Below are positions 50,810 to 59,845 of a stretch of DNA of 64,000 nucleotides, piece after piece. A program made the position numbers and the translations under genes. The stretch lies in contig CAJUQK010000012.1 of the NCBI GenBank assembly GCA_910588205.1, forward strand, positions 467 to 64,466, given 5' to 3'. Below the pieces are notes generated by a model that saw only the letters and a list, made by a program, of their open reading frames with translations, was not told the DNA's origin and did no database searches. This DNA is from an uncultured Eggerthellaceae bacterium. GTDB lineage: Bacteria; Actinomycetota; Coriobacteriia; Coriobacteriales; Eggerthellaceae. Numbering within the stretch: the stretch's first letter is position 1; each line of letters starts with the position of its first letter.

Positions 50810-52136
50810 TGAAAACCGAAGGCAGCGGGGGCTGCCGAAGAAGAGGAGGAAAGACCCGCAAACGACATGCTTCGAGCTTTGCATCCGCGTTCCCGATGAA
50901 TATCAAGACCTGGTTGGGAAGAAGAAGTACTCCAAGACGGTCTACGTGCTTAACAAGAAGGTAGACCTCAAGGCTAAGGTCGATGAGTTCGAGACTGAGA
51001 AGAACAACGAGCTTGAGGCTCTCATCGAGGCGGACGTTGCCGCAAAGGCAGAGCACGAACTTGAGATAACCGCGAACACACCAACGGGCATCTACCTCAA
51101 CTGCTACATCGACGTGCGCGTGAATTCGGCGAGCAAGGACACGATTGAAAATGAGCGTTCACACTGCAAATACGCCTCCGAGGTCATCGGGGGGATTCCT
51201 CTTGGGAAGCTGACGTCCAACGATGTAGACAAGGCGCTTCAGGCGGTTCCGCGCCTTTCTGAGAAGTGGGCTCTGGAGCTGAGAGCAGAACGCGAAAAGA
51301 AGAGAAACGCCGTTGGGATGGAGGTGCATCACAGAAAGCTAAAGCCACTTGGACCAATAAAGATTGCCGGACCGGATAAGCAATACAAGGTTCTTAAGTT
51401 CTTGCGAGAGGCGCTGAACTTCGCCGTTGAGAAGGAAGTACTCACGAGGAATGTGGCCAGGGCTCGGTTCCTCACAAGGCTGTACAAGAAGAGCAAGCCG
51501 AAAGTCGATCCGCTCATGGAGGATGAGGCGGGCAGGTTCTTGGAGGAATTGGATAAGCTGGAGACGTGCTACTTCAAAATAGGGGTGCTTCTTTTGCTGG
51601 GAGCAGGCATCAGACCCGAAGAGATGCAGGCGGTTCGCCTTGGGAACTTCTCCTACATAGACGATGAGCCCTGCCTGAGCATCACGGGGGTGGTGCCTCA
51701 TGGATCAAACGTCATCGTTGATTATGATGGGAAGTCGAATGCGGCGTTAAGGTCCATTCCCATTGACGACTCTATCTATGAGGAGGTGCTCAAGTGGGCG
51801 GAGATCCTGAAAGCGCATCTTGCAGATATGGGCATCCGTTTCACCTTGAACACGCCTCTGTTCTCTGATACGGGCATGCCGGTCACCTACAACACGTTCA
51901 AGCGCCAGTGGAATGAGTTCTCCAAGAAGGCAGGCTTCGAGGACGTGCGTCCCTATGCGTTGAGGCATACCTTTGCAACCATAACCTTGGCGCATGGAGA
52001 GAACATCAAGACCGTCTCCTACCTCATGGGGCATGAAAGCACGGCATACACGACTGACTCGTATGCAGCCTGGGTACCGAACACGAGAACCGGAATTGGC
52101 CGCAGATACATCAAAACGCTACGGAAAGCTGCTTAA
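50772..52136 (+). CDS. int: Tyrosine recombinase/integrase
   Basis: GIRPEEM (Arg I), ALRHTFAT (box I H-x-x-R) and LMGHESTAYTTDSYAAW (box II with catalytic Tyr). GAGGAGGAGG RBS before ATG 50772. Confidence 0.9.
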   Translation: MKVLKCDKPYNVDENRRQRGLPKKRRKDPQTTCFELCIRVPDEYQDLVGKKKYSKTVYVLNKKVDLKAKVDEFETEKNNELEALIEADVAAKAEHELEITANTPTGIYLNCYIDVRVNSASKDTIENERSHCKYASEVIGGIPLGKLTSNDVDKALQAVPRLSEKWALELRAEREKKRNAVGMEVHHRKLKPLGPIKIAGPDKQYKVLKFLREALNFAVEKEVLTRNVARARFLTRLYKKSKPKVDPLMEDEAGRFLEELDKLETCYFKIGVLLLLGAGIRPEEMQAVRLGNFSYIDDEPCLSITGVVPHGSNVIVDYDGKSNAALRSIPIDDSIYEEVLKWAEILKAHLADMGIRFTLNTPLFSDTGMPVTYNTFKRQWNEFSKKAGFEDVRPYALRHTFATITLAHGENIKTVSYLMGHESTAYTTDSYAAWVPNTRTGIGRRYIKTLRKAA

Positions 52137-52189
52137 TAGAAGGATGTGAGAAGTAACGATGTTTGCTTGGAGTATAATAGGTTCATATT

Positions 52190-52263
52190 GCGGGCGTAGT
52201 TCATCGGTAGAACCGCAGCTTCCCAAGCTGCTGAGGTGGGTTCGACTCCCATCGCCCGCTCCA
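52190..52263 (+). tRNA. tRNA-Gly(CCC): tRNA-Gly (anticodon CCC), CCA-encoded
   Basis: Hand-folded cloverleaf: acceptor GCGGGCG/CGCCCGC, D arm GTTC/GAAC, anticodon arm GCAGC-TTCCCAA-GCTGC, T arm GTGGG-TTCGACT-CCCAT, discriminator U, CCA. A TATAAT box lies at 52173-52178. Confidence 0.9.
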
Positions 52264-52472
52264 TTGAATCTCGGGGCGTTTGCGCACATGAAAGATGGCG
52301 CGAACGCTCTTTTGCTGCAGATAGGTAAACCCAAGAAATCGGCTGTGGCAATGAGATAAAATGGCGGAGAAGTTTTCTGACGTTTTTTCTGACGCGGGCG
52401 TTCGAAGTTGGATGGTAGCCAGAAAACAGCAGGTAGGAAGCGGAATCAGATAGGAGAGAACCATGACGTGTA

Positions 52473-52521
52473 GGAGCTTCCCAAGCTTCTAACGCGGGTT
52501 CGATTCCCGTCGCCCGCTCCA
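52473..52521 (+). pseudogene. 3' fragment of a second tRNA-Gly(CCC) allele (anticodon arm to CCA); att-type remnant
   Basis: GGAGC-TTCCCAA-GCTTC-TAAC-GCGGG-TTCGATT-CCCGT-CGCCCGC-T-CCA. No matching 5' acceptor or D arm lies upstream. Confidence 0.65.
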
Positions 52522-52532
52522 TCGAATGCATC

Positions 52533-52563
52533 GGCCAGGCACATCCGCCTGGCCGTTCTTGTT
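52533..52563 (+). terminator. Rho-independent terminator after the tRNA fragment
   Basis: GGCCAGGC-acatcc-GCCTGGCC followed by GTTCTTGTT. Confidence 0.7.
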
Positions 52564-52839
52564 GCAGGGCGGCTGCCGCGCCCTTAAGCCACGTCTTCCG
52601 CCCGAGTTCGATCGATGCTCTCCTGCTCGATGGTCGGGAAGTGACGCAGACAGCTTTACAGCCAGAGGGGTGCTGCCCGTATCAGGTCGATGACGCGTGT
52701 CGCTAAAAACGGAACGCATCGGGATAGCGAGAGCTATCTTGCTAGATCGTTGACCTACAGCAAAAAAGGCCAAAGAGGGCAATCTGGATTAAATCGAGGG
52801 TAATATCGCTTGATACGGTTAGAAAGGAGGTGAAACCAA

Positions 52840-53706
52840 TTGCTGAACGACTTGGGGGCGGCACGGGCCGCCATAGACTACATCGAATCCAACTTGGACC
52901 GCAATCTCGATCTGGATACCATGGCCGCACAGGTTAAGTATTCCAAATATCATCTGCACCGAAGCTTTGCGCAAGCCTGCGGAACGACCATGGGCGACTA
53001 CATAGCCCGCAGGCGCCTCACCGAGGCTGCAAAGATGCTCGTTCTCACCGACTGGCCCGTCCTGGACATCGCGGTATCCGTCGGGTTCGGCGGCCAGCAG
53101 TCATTCGCCGCCGCCTTCAAGCGGATGTACAAGAAGACGCCTGTGCAGTTTCGCCGCGATGAGGAGTTCTACGCGCTGCAGCTGCGGATCGCGCTTGCCG
53201 ACGAGCTCACGGGAAAGCGGCTGAGAAGAGGCGCTTCCGCAGAAACGAGGTTCGCAACAAAAGAGGATGTCCCGGCCTGGATGAAACTGCTGTCCCTGGT
53301 GGTGGACGGGTATCCCCACCTTGATGAATCCGAGTACGCAGAGCACCTGAAGCGATCCATCGAGAGCAGGGAGGCTATCGTGCTCGAGCGCGGGACAAAA
53401 ATCGTGGGCGCGATAGCATTCCGGCGCGGCCTGGGCACCATCGAGTTTCTGGGCGTGCACCCGCAGATGCGCGGCTCTGGCATCTCCAAGGTGCTCATGC
53501 GCGGCGCTCTTCAAGAGCTCGCCCCGGAAGTGGAGACCGTGAGCACGACGACGTTTCGGGCTGAAGACGCGGCCGATACAGGGTATCGCGAAGACCTCCT
53601 GGCGCTCGGCTTTGCCGAAGCAGAGATGCTTGAGGAGCTCGGCTACCCCACGCAGAGGCTCCTTGCGGCGAAGAGCGTGTTGAAGGAGACCTGCGATGCA
53701 CGATAG
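52840..53706 (+). CDS. AraC-family HTH fused to a GNAT acetyltransferase domain
   Basis: N-terminal AraC HTH (YSKYHLHRSF…DIAVSVGFGGQQSFAAAFKRMYKKTP). C-terminal GNAT motif A FLGVHPQMRGSGISKVLM. TTG start. Confidence 0.8.
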   Translation: MLNDLGAARAAIDYIESNLDRNLDLDTMAAQVKYSKYHLHRSFAQACGTTMGDYIARRRLTEAAKMLVLTDWPVLDIAVSVGFGGQQSFAAAFKRMYKKTPVQFRRDEEFYALQLRIALADELTGKRLRRGASAETRFATKEDVPAWMKLLSLVVDGYPHLDESEYAEHLKRSIESREAIVLERGTKIVGAIAFRRGLGTIEFLGVHPQMRGSGISKVLMRGALQELAPEVETVSTTTFRAEDAADTGYREDLLALGFAEAEMLEELGYPTQRLLAAKSVLKETCDAR

Positions 53707-55084
53707 CGCCTCAGTCAACCCCCTCGCGCAAAAGCAATCTGCCGGCAGCCTCATAAGGTTCGCGCTGCCATCGGTGGCGACGATGGTGTTCATGGGGCTC
53801 TATACCGTAGTGGACGTCGTCTTCGTTGCGAGGTTCGTATCTCCAGACGCCATGGCGTCCATAAACATAGCGACACCCGCGATCAACCTCATCGTCGGCT
53901 TCGCCACCATGCTGGCCACGGGCGGAAACGCCATCGTCGCCACGAAGATGGGTACCGGATGCGAGCGAGAGAGCAGGCGCGATTTCACGCTCATCGTGCT
54001 GCTTGGGTTCGTCGTGGCCGCCCTCGTCGCAATGTTGGGAAACGCCTTCCTCGACCCTTTGGTCGGATGTCTGGGAGCAACGTCCGCGCTCAACCCCTAC
54101 TGCATGGACTACATGGCGATCATCCTCGCCTTCGCCCCTGCGAGCGTGTTGCAGGTGCTGTTCCAGAATGCCGTTATCGCCGCCGGGCGTCCCGGCGTGG
54201 GAACGGCGATGGCCGTGGTCTGCGGATTGTCCAACATCGCCTTCGACTACCTCTTCCTTGCGGTGATGGGCTTGGGCATCTCTGGGGCCGCTTGGGGCAC
54301 CGTCACAGGCTATACCGTAGCGGCACTCATGGGGTTCGCCTTCTTCGCCTCCCGCAAGGGTGGATTGCGATTCGCGAAGCCCTCGCGCGACCTCAAGGTC
54401 ATCGCCAAAAGCTGCGGAAACGGCGCTTCCGAGATGGTGAGCCAAGCAGCGGCGGCCGTGACCACGTTCCTCTTCAACGCTGCTATGCTCTCGTTGGCGG
54501 AAGAAGCCGGCGTTGCCGCCGTGACCATCATGATCTACACGCAGTTTCTCGTCGCCTCTCTATTCATCGGGTTTTCTATGGGCACTGCCCCTGTCATAAG
54601 CTACGACTATGGGAGCGGGGATAAAGCCGCGCTTTCAAATGTCTTCCGATCCTGCCTCAAGTGCATCGCGGTTGCCTCTGTTGCGGCATGCATCCTCGCG
54701 TTTTTGCTGGCGCCCGCCCTTTCGGCGCTGTTCGCGGAGCCGGGAAGCCCGGTGTTCTCCCTGGCGAGCGCGGGTCTTGCGATATTCTCGACGAGCTTCC
54801 TGTTCTCGGGGCTCAACACCTTCGCCTCGGCAGCCTTCACGGCGCTGTCGAACGGGAGGCTGTCCGCGCTCGTATCCTTTCTGCGCACGTTCGGACTCGT
54901 GCCGCTCTGCATCTTGCTTCTGCCGCGCCTGCTCGGGATTGACGGCGCATGGATGGCAGTGCCCATTGCCGAGGCAGTGACCTTTGCGCTGGCTGCAACG
55001 CTGCTCTTCTGCAACGGGAACCGTTATGGCTACCGAAGCCATGAGGTTGTCGGTGCGGCAGATAAAGCGGCTCATGGGAATTAG
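53696..55084 (+). CDS. MATE-family efflux transporter
   Basis: 12-TM profile with the typical N-terminus LIRFALPSVATMVFMGLYTVVDVVFVARF. Overlaps the AraC-GNAT stop. Confidence 0.9.
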   Translation: MHDSASVNPLAQKQSAGSLIRFALPSVATMVFMGLYTVVDVVFVARFVSPDAMASINIATPAINLIVGFATMLATGGNAIVATKMGTGCERESRRDFTLIVLLGFVVAALVAMLGNAFLDPLVGCLGATSALNPYCMDYMAIILAFAPASVLQVLFQNAVIAAGRPGVGTAMAVVCGLSNIAFDYLFLAVMGLGISGAAWGTVTGYTVAALMGFAFFASRKGGLRFAKPSRDLKVIAKSCGNGASEMVSQAAAAVTTFLFNAAMLSLAEEAGVAAVTIMIYTQFLVASLFIGFSMGTAPVISYDYGSGDKAALSNVFRSCLKCIAVASVAACILAFLLAPALSALFAEPGSPVFSLASAGLAIFSTSFLFSGLNTFASAAFTALSNGRLSALVSFLRTFGLVPLCILLLPRLLGIDGAWMAVPIAEAVTFALAATLLFCNGNRYGYRSHEVVGAADKAAHGN

Positions 55085-56151
55085 AGGGAGCGTCATCCGG
55101 AAATGCCCGCTGCCCACTGCTCGTTAATGTTGATGACATCATCCCCGTCCTGTGTCATCCCGGCTTCGGCATCGACCTGGGCACCGTGGACGATCAGCCC
55201 GTCCCCCTGCTCGCGACCGAGGCGGCTGGTGCGGCTGACGGAGACTATGCGCTCTCGCCCGAGGGCACCGTCACCGTCATCGACGAAATAGCCTACGCAA
55301 ACCTCGTGCCGGGCAAGACCTACACGGTCAAGGGCACGCTCATGGACAAGGCGACGGGGCAGGTGCTGCTCGTCGGAGGCGAGGAGGTCACGGCCGAGAA
55401 GGATTTCTCTCCCATCGCGCCCTTCGGCACCGTCAAGGTGGAGTTCACCTTCGACGCGATCGCTCTCGCGGGCAAGGAGATCGTCGCCTTCGAGAGCCTT
55501 GAGCACGAGGGCATCGAGGTGGCGACGCACGCGGACATCTACGACGAGGGGCAGACCGTGAAGGTGGAACCTAAGCCCGAGATCGGCACCATCGCAACTG
55601 ACGCGGCCGACGGCGACCACGAGGCCGTGGCGGACGACGACGTGGCCATCATCGACGAGGTTCGCTACGAGAACCTTGAGCCCGGCCGCGAGTACGTGCT
55701 GACCGGTACGCTCATCGACAAGACGACCGCCAATCCTGTGGAGGTGGACGGGCTGCCCCTGACGACCACGGTGGCGTTCACTCCCACAGAGCCGAATGGC
55801 TCGGTAGAGGTATCGTTCTCCTTCAACGGAAGCGAGCTCGCCGGACACCGCATGGTGGCCTTCGAGAGCCTTGCGCTCGACGGGGACGTGGTGGCCACGC
55901 ACAAGGACATCGAAGACGAGGGCCAGAGCGTCGACCTCGTGGAGAAGCCCGGACCTGGAAACCTCAAGACCGGCCTCGCGCAGACCGGCGACACGAACAA
56001 GATCATCCCGCTCGTATGCCTTGCGGCATTGGCCGTATTGGCGGCGACGCTGGCCGCGCTGCGCGGGAAGCGCCGCAATCATGCCAGCGGCGAAGCCGAA
56101 AGCGAAGAGAAGGAAGAGGATTCGGAAGAGGAGGACGGCAAGGACGAATGA
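55066..56151 (+). pseudogene. 5'-truncated adhesin remnant: two VaFE/ester-bond repeats plus an LAQTG sorting signal, TM, K/R anchor and acidic tail
   Basis: Repeats with IVAFESL…THADIYDEGQTVKV and MVAFESL…THKDIEDEGQSVDL. No signal peptide. The frame opens 18 nt before the stop of the MATE gene at 53696..55084 (a different frame); the first in-frame start is GTG 55186. Confidence 0.7.
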
Positions 56152-56182
56152 GCCTGCGATAGCGAGTAGAAGCCTCATTTAA

Positions 56183-56214
56183 AGCGAGCGCCCTGCAGAT
56201 GCAGGGCGCTCGCT
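56183..56214. terminator. Bidirectional terminator
   Basis: Perfect 14-bp stem AGCGAGCGCCCTGC/GCAGGGCGCTCGCT with a 4-nt loop. Confidence 0.75.
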
Positions 56215-56231
56215 GTTATGCAGATAAAAAG

Positions 56232-56492
56232 CTAATGCTGCGCCCGGTCGACGCTCCGCGCCGTCGCCTTGGCAACGTCGTCCACAATCTCCCGGGTCAC
56301 GAAGCTGCGAGGATCCATTCTCAACGCGATGCAGAGTTTCAGGAACTCATCCACGCGCATCTCACGCTGCCCGTCGAGGATGTACCAGAGTCGCTTCTTG
56401 TCGATGCCCGTCCGACGGCCAAGCTCAGCAACGCTCATGCCACGCTCTAGGCGCATGCGGTCAATTATCAATATGATGTGCTGGTATTGCAT
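56232..56492 (-). CDS. XRE-family HTH regulator
   Basis: RMRLERGMSVAELGRRTGIDKKRLWYILDGQREMRVDEFLKLCIAL fits the XRE HTH pattern. Confidence 0.7.
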   Translation of the reverse strand: MQYQHIILIIDRMRLERGMSVAELGRRTGIDKKRLWYILDGQREMRVDEFLKLCIALRMDPRSFVTREIVDDVAKATARSVDRAQH

Positions 56493-56664
56493 TTGGTATG
56501 GCTATCCCTGAGTTGCCGATGCTCCGGGCTTTTGCCCATGGCGGACTTGCGGCAACAAAATCGCAGTCTTTTAAGACTCCACGATCATCTATAAGCCGCC
56601 TATTGCATCCTTCTATAAAGTAAGTTATCTTATTATAAGTGTACTTACCAATAGGAGGCTTTGC

Positions 56665-57066
56665 ATGTTTTACTATGAAGAATCTGCTACCGGCCAAGCC
56701 GATATCAACAGGATCTGGGATCTGTACTCTGATGTCAGCAAATGGAGTACATGGGATAGCGGAGTAAGATCCGTGCGGCTGTCTGGACCGTTCTCCGCCG
56801 GCACTCATGGCGTCATGGAGATGTCGCATGGGCCTGACCTGCCCTTCATTCTGGTCGAATGCTCGCAAATGAAGGGCTTCACTACAAAATCTGAGATGGG
56901 GCCAATGACGATCACCTTTGAGCACGCCTTGGAGGAAGATGCGGGCAACGTGACCATCACACATGCCGTCACCATTGATGGTGGAGAAGAGAGCCAGATG
57001 GATAACATAGGAAAAGGCATTACCGCAGGCCTTGCCGGCTGCCTGAAGAAGCTCCTTTCCATGTGA
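56665..57066 (+). CDS. SRPBCC-superfamily (polyketide cyclase/START-like) protein
   Basis: Size and motif IWDLYSDVSKWSTWDSGV. Preferred over the antisense 264-aa shadow ORF. Confidence 0.7.
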   Translation: MFYYEESATGQADINRIWDLYSDVSKWSTWDSGVRSVRLSGPFSAGTHGVMEMSHGPDLPFILVECSQMKGFTTKSEMGPMTITFEHALEEDAGNVTITHAVTIDGGEESQMDNIGKGITAGLAGCLKKLLSM

Positions 57067-57075
57067 CGGATTGTC

Positions 57076-57522
57076 ATGAAGTTTGCAGAGTGCGAAAATC
57101 ATAAAGACAGCACTGGCTTGCTCTTTTGGCAAACCTATATGCTTTGGCACAGAGAGGTCAAGCAGGCGCTTCAGCCATACAACCTCACGCATACCCAGTT
57201 CGTAATCCTGGCTGTAGTCGAGGAGCTTTCCGAGCAAGGAGAGCGCATCACCCAAAAGAAGATATCGGATTTCTCCATGATTGATGCGATGACCGTGTCT
57301 TCTACCGTTAGGCTATTGGAGAAAAAAGGGCTCGTTCGTCGATCCCCGCACGAAGCGGACATGCGGGCCAATTCAATCTTGAATACGGAAGAGGGTAGGA
57401 ACTGCCTGAAGCAGGCGATGGGGGATGTCGAGGGGGTCGACAGGTCTTTCTTCTTTGAGCACGATGAAGAGAATGCGCGGCTAAGAACCATGCTCTCACG
57501 GTTGTTGTGCCGAAGTTGCTGA
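57076..57522 (+). CDS. MarR-family transcriptional regulator
   Basis: LTHTQFVILAVVEE…ITQKKISDFSMIDAMTVSSTVRLLEKKGLVRR is a winged HTH. Confidence 0.85.
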   Translation: MKFAECENHKDSTGLLFWQTYMLWHREVKQALQPYNLTHTQFVILAVVEELSEQGERITQKKISDFSMIDAMTVSSTVRLLEKKGLVRRSPHEADMRANSILNTEEGRNCLKQAMGDVEGVDRSFFFEHDEENARLRTMLSRLLCRSC

Positions 57523-57585
57523 CCAGCTGTTTGGAATTAGGCTACAACTCGGGTCGGTTCATTGAGCGGCCGGACGGTATTGGCA

Positions 57586-58098
57586 TCAGAATCTTAGGGG
57601 TTCCTTGCTCCCCTGATCGACGCTCATTGCGAGGCGATGCGCGATTGAGGCGGGTACCCCTATGTCAGCAAGGGCGTTTGCACCGGTTGCTGCCAAGAGG
57701 TTATGAGCTTCCTCAACCTGAGGCCCGAACACATCAGCCACGTCACATGCCCACGATAGCGCCGACACGTCCACGAGCTCACCTGCTATCTGTGCGAGTA
57801 TGGTTTCCCCGTCCACAGTGACGCGATTGATCCTCTGCATGTCCTCGGCGTCGGCGAGAAGGAAGCTCCAACCGTCGCGCCTGCGGGCCACAGGAAGGTC
57901 CTTCGGCCCCTTCTCGTCCTTGTATGCTTGGGCTGCCTCGCAGTAGTAGGAGCAGAGCCACAGGCTCTCGCCGTTCACGTCGGAGAGGTCGAGCGTGTAG
58001 TTGGTGAGCAGGTTTCCCGGCTGCGGCACACCGTCGGTCATGCGGTCGGTGTCGAACACGTCGATGCGACCGCCCGAATAGTAAGCCTTGACTATCAC
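57586..58098 (-). CDS. Hypothetical protein (GTG start)
   Basis: 170-aa ORF with protein-like composition. GTGA overlap with the upstream ORF. No domain recognised. Confidence 0.45.
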   Translation of the reverse strand: MIVKAYYSGGRIDVFDTDRMTDGVPQPGNLLTNYTLDLSDVNGESLWLCSYYCEAAQAYKDEKGPKDLPVARRRDGWSFLLADAEDMQRINRVTVDGETILAQIAGELVDVSALSWACDVADVFGPQVEEAHNLLAATGANALADIGVPASIAHRLAMSVDQGSKEPLRF

Positions 58099-58385
58099 CT
58101 TTCGGACCCTTCTCTTCGCTTGTCCTGAACGTCTTGGCGAATACGTATTCCTGCATCATCCTGGCGCCTCCTTCCGACGGGACGAAGGCCCGATCTAGCC
58201 GCAGGTTTTCTGGGGGCGGGCGCAGGCCGTTCCTCCGGCAGAAGCCCCTTTGCCTTGACGTAGCCGACGAGCTGCGGCACCGCTTCGTCCCCGCCCTTCT
58301 CCAGGAGCGCGTCCAGATCGTCAAGACATCTGGCACGAGAGGCCTCGATGAGCGCAGCTGCGTCCCGGCTGTCTTCTATGAGCAT
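58095..58385 (-). CDS. Hypothetical small protein; second half doubtful
   Basis: The first ~50 aa look protein-like and the rest is Arg-rich. An internal strong RBS plus ATGATG in another frame at 58159 suggests a frame problem. Confidence 0.25.
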   Translation of the reverse strand: MLIEDSRDAAALIEASRARCLDDLDALLEKGGDEAVPQLVGYVKAKGLLPEERPAPAPRKPAARSGLRPVGRRRQDDAGIRIRQDVQDKRREGSER

Positions 58386-58413
58386 GGAGCTCTCTCCGCT
58401 ATCGGAGCGCCTG

Positions 58414-59790
58414 CTATCTCCGCAAGTTCTTCTTCGCCCATAGCTGAAGGTACGCGAATCCTACGATGGCAGGCACCACGGGCGCTGCCGCCTGGGCCAT
58501 GTAAACGCCGATGAATCCATATCCAAGCGGCACGGACAGGAGCCATGCCAGGCCAGCCCTCATGGCGAAGGCGTCGATAAGGGAGTTGGCGAGGGCGAGC
58601 TTCGGCGCTCCTGATGCCAAAGCGAACGAGTCGAGGGCGTACATCGCCGCGTAGAAGACCCCGTTCACGCTGCAGGTGATGCGAAGGTAGAGGACCGCCG
58701 CCTCGGTGAGCTCTCGGCTCGACTCCCCGAAGAGCGAGACGAACCATTCCGCGCCGAGCTGCACGGCGATCTGGATGCCCACGGTGACGGCGACGGACAT
58801 AAGGCAGCCCGACCTGGCGAACGCGGCCGTCCGTTTGGGTATCCCAGCTCCGATGCTCTGCGACACCGATGCAGAGATAGCCTGTCCGATGCCCCAGCAC
58901 GGAAGCCCCGCGATGGTGCTTATCTTGAGGCCGACTCCGGAGGCGGCTGCGATGGTCGGGCCGTAGGAGTTGAGCCACGCGGTCACGAAGACGTAGGAGA
59001 GGTTGATGACGGCCTGCTGCACGGCCATGGGAACGCCGACGCGAAGAACAGCCCGTGCGCTTGCGAATACTTCCCTGCGCTCACGGGTGCTTCGCGCGGA
59101 AGAGAGCACGCCTCGGGCGGAGGCGTACCTGCGCCGCGCGAGCCATAGGGCGAAGACCGCTCCGGCACCTTGGGCGGCCACGGTCGCAACGGCAGCTCCG
59201 ACCACGCCGAGGCCGACGCAAGCTATGAGAACGAGGTCGAGAACCACGTTCGCCACGGCGGAGAAGGCCATGATAGCGAGAGGGCCGGCGGAATCTCCCT
59301 GCGCCCGCAAGAACGCGCACGCCGCGTTGAGCAGGAAGAGGCCGACCGCTCCTAGGGAAATCACTTCGAGATAGGCGACCGTCTGGGCGAGCGACGCATC
59401 CGGGACTCCCATGAGCGAGAAGACGGGGTGCGCGAGCGCCGTCCCCGCCAAGGTTATAGCCGCAGCTCCCAGAAGGGCGACTCCGAGGGATGCGATGAAT
59501 GCGCGGCGCTGCCCCTGCTCGTCGCGAGCGCCCACGCGGTCGCCCACCGCGACGGTGCAGCCCGACATGAGCCCTATGGCAATCGAGCTGATGATGAAGA
59601 CGATGGCGGAGGCGTTGCTGACCGCGACGAGCCCCGACTCGCCGACGGCGTTACCAACGACGCCCATATCGACGAACTGGTAGATGTATTGGAGGATGTT
59701 CGCCGCGACGAGCGGAGCAGAGAACGCCGCCAGGCGTCTTGTGGCGCTTCCTTCCAAGAGGGACGGCGCGTGATTCGTGGATTCTGACAT
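58414..59790 (-). CDS. MATE-family efflux transporter
   Basis: LAAFSAPLVAANILQYIYQFVDMGVVG plus a 12-TM profile. Start placed at ATG 59790 (MSESTNH); the ORF track starts at 59853. Confidence 0.9.
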   Translation of the reverse strand: MSESTNHAPSLLEGSATRRLAAFSAPLVAANILQYIYQFVDMGVVGNAVGESGLVAVSNASAIVFIISSIAIGLMSGCTVAVGDRVGARDEQGQRRAFIASLGVALLGAAAITLAGTALAHPVFSLMGVPDASLAQTVAYLEVISLGAVGLFLLNAACAFLRAQGDSAGPLAIMAFSAVANVVLDLVLIACVGLGVVGAAVATVAAQGAGAVFALWLARRRYASARGVLSSARSTRERREVFASARAVLRVGVPMAVQQAVINLSYVFVTAWLNSYGPTIAAASGVGLKISTIAGLPCWGIGQAISASVSQSIGAGIPKRTAAFARSGCLMSVAVTVGIQIAVQLGAEWFVSLFGESSRELTEAAVLYLRITCSVNGVFYAAMYALDSFALASGAPKLALANSLIDAFAMRAGLAWLLSVPLGYGFIGVYMAQAAAPVVPAIVGFAYLQLWAKKNLRR

Positions 59791-59816
59791 GGAAAGCCTT
59801 TCGATGGGGTGAGAAC

Positions 59817-59845
59817 AAAAAGGGAACGGACGCATGCCCGTTCCC
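59817..59845 (-). terminator. Terminator-like hairpin with a U-tract immediately upstream of the MATE gene (end of an upstream unit, or an attenuator)
   Basis: GGGAACGG-8 nt-CCGTTCCC followed on the minus strand by TTTTTGTTCT. Lies 27 nt before ATG 59790. Confidence 0.55.

Larger units (their letters stand above)
45636..52136. mobile_element. Integrative-element module (XRE, sigma-r4 protein, DUF3846, ParB-like, mIHF, Xis, tyrosine integrase). Boundaries unresolved; it may be the integration end of the larger element.
   Basis: Gene content typical of integrative mobilisable elements. Ends 53 bp before tRNA-Gly. Confidence 0.5.
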
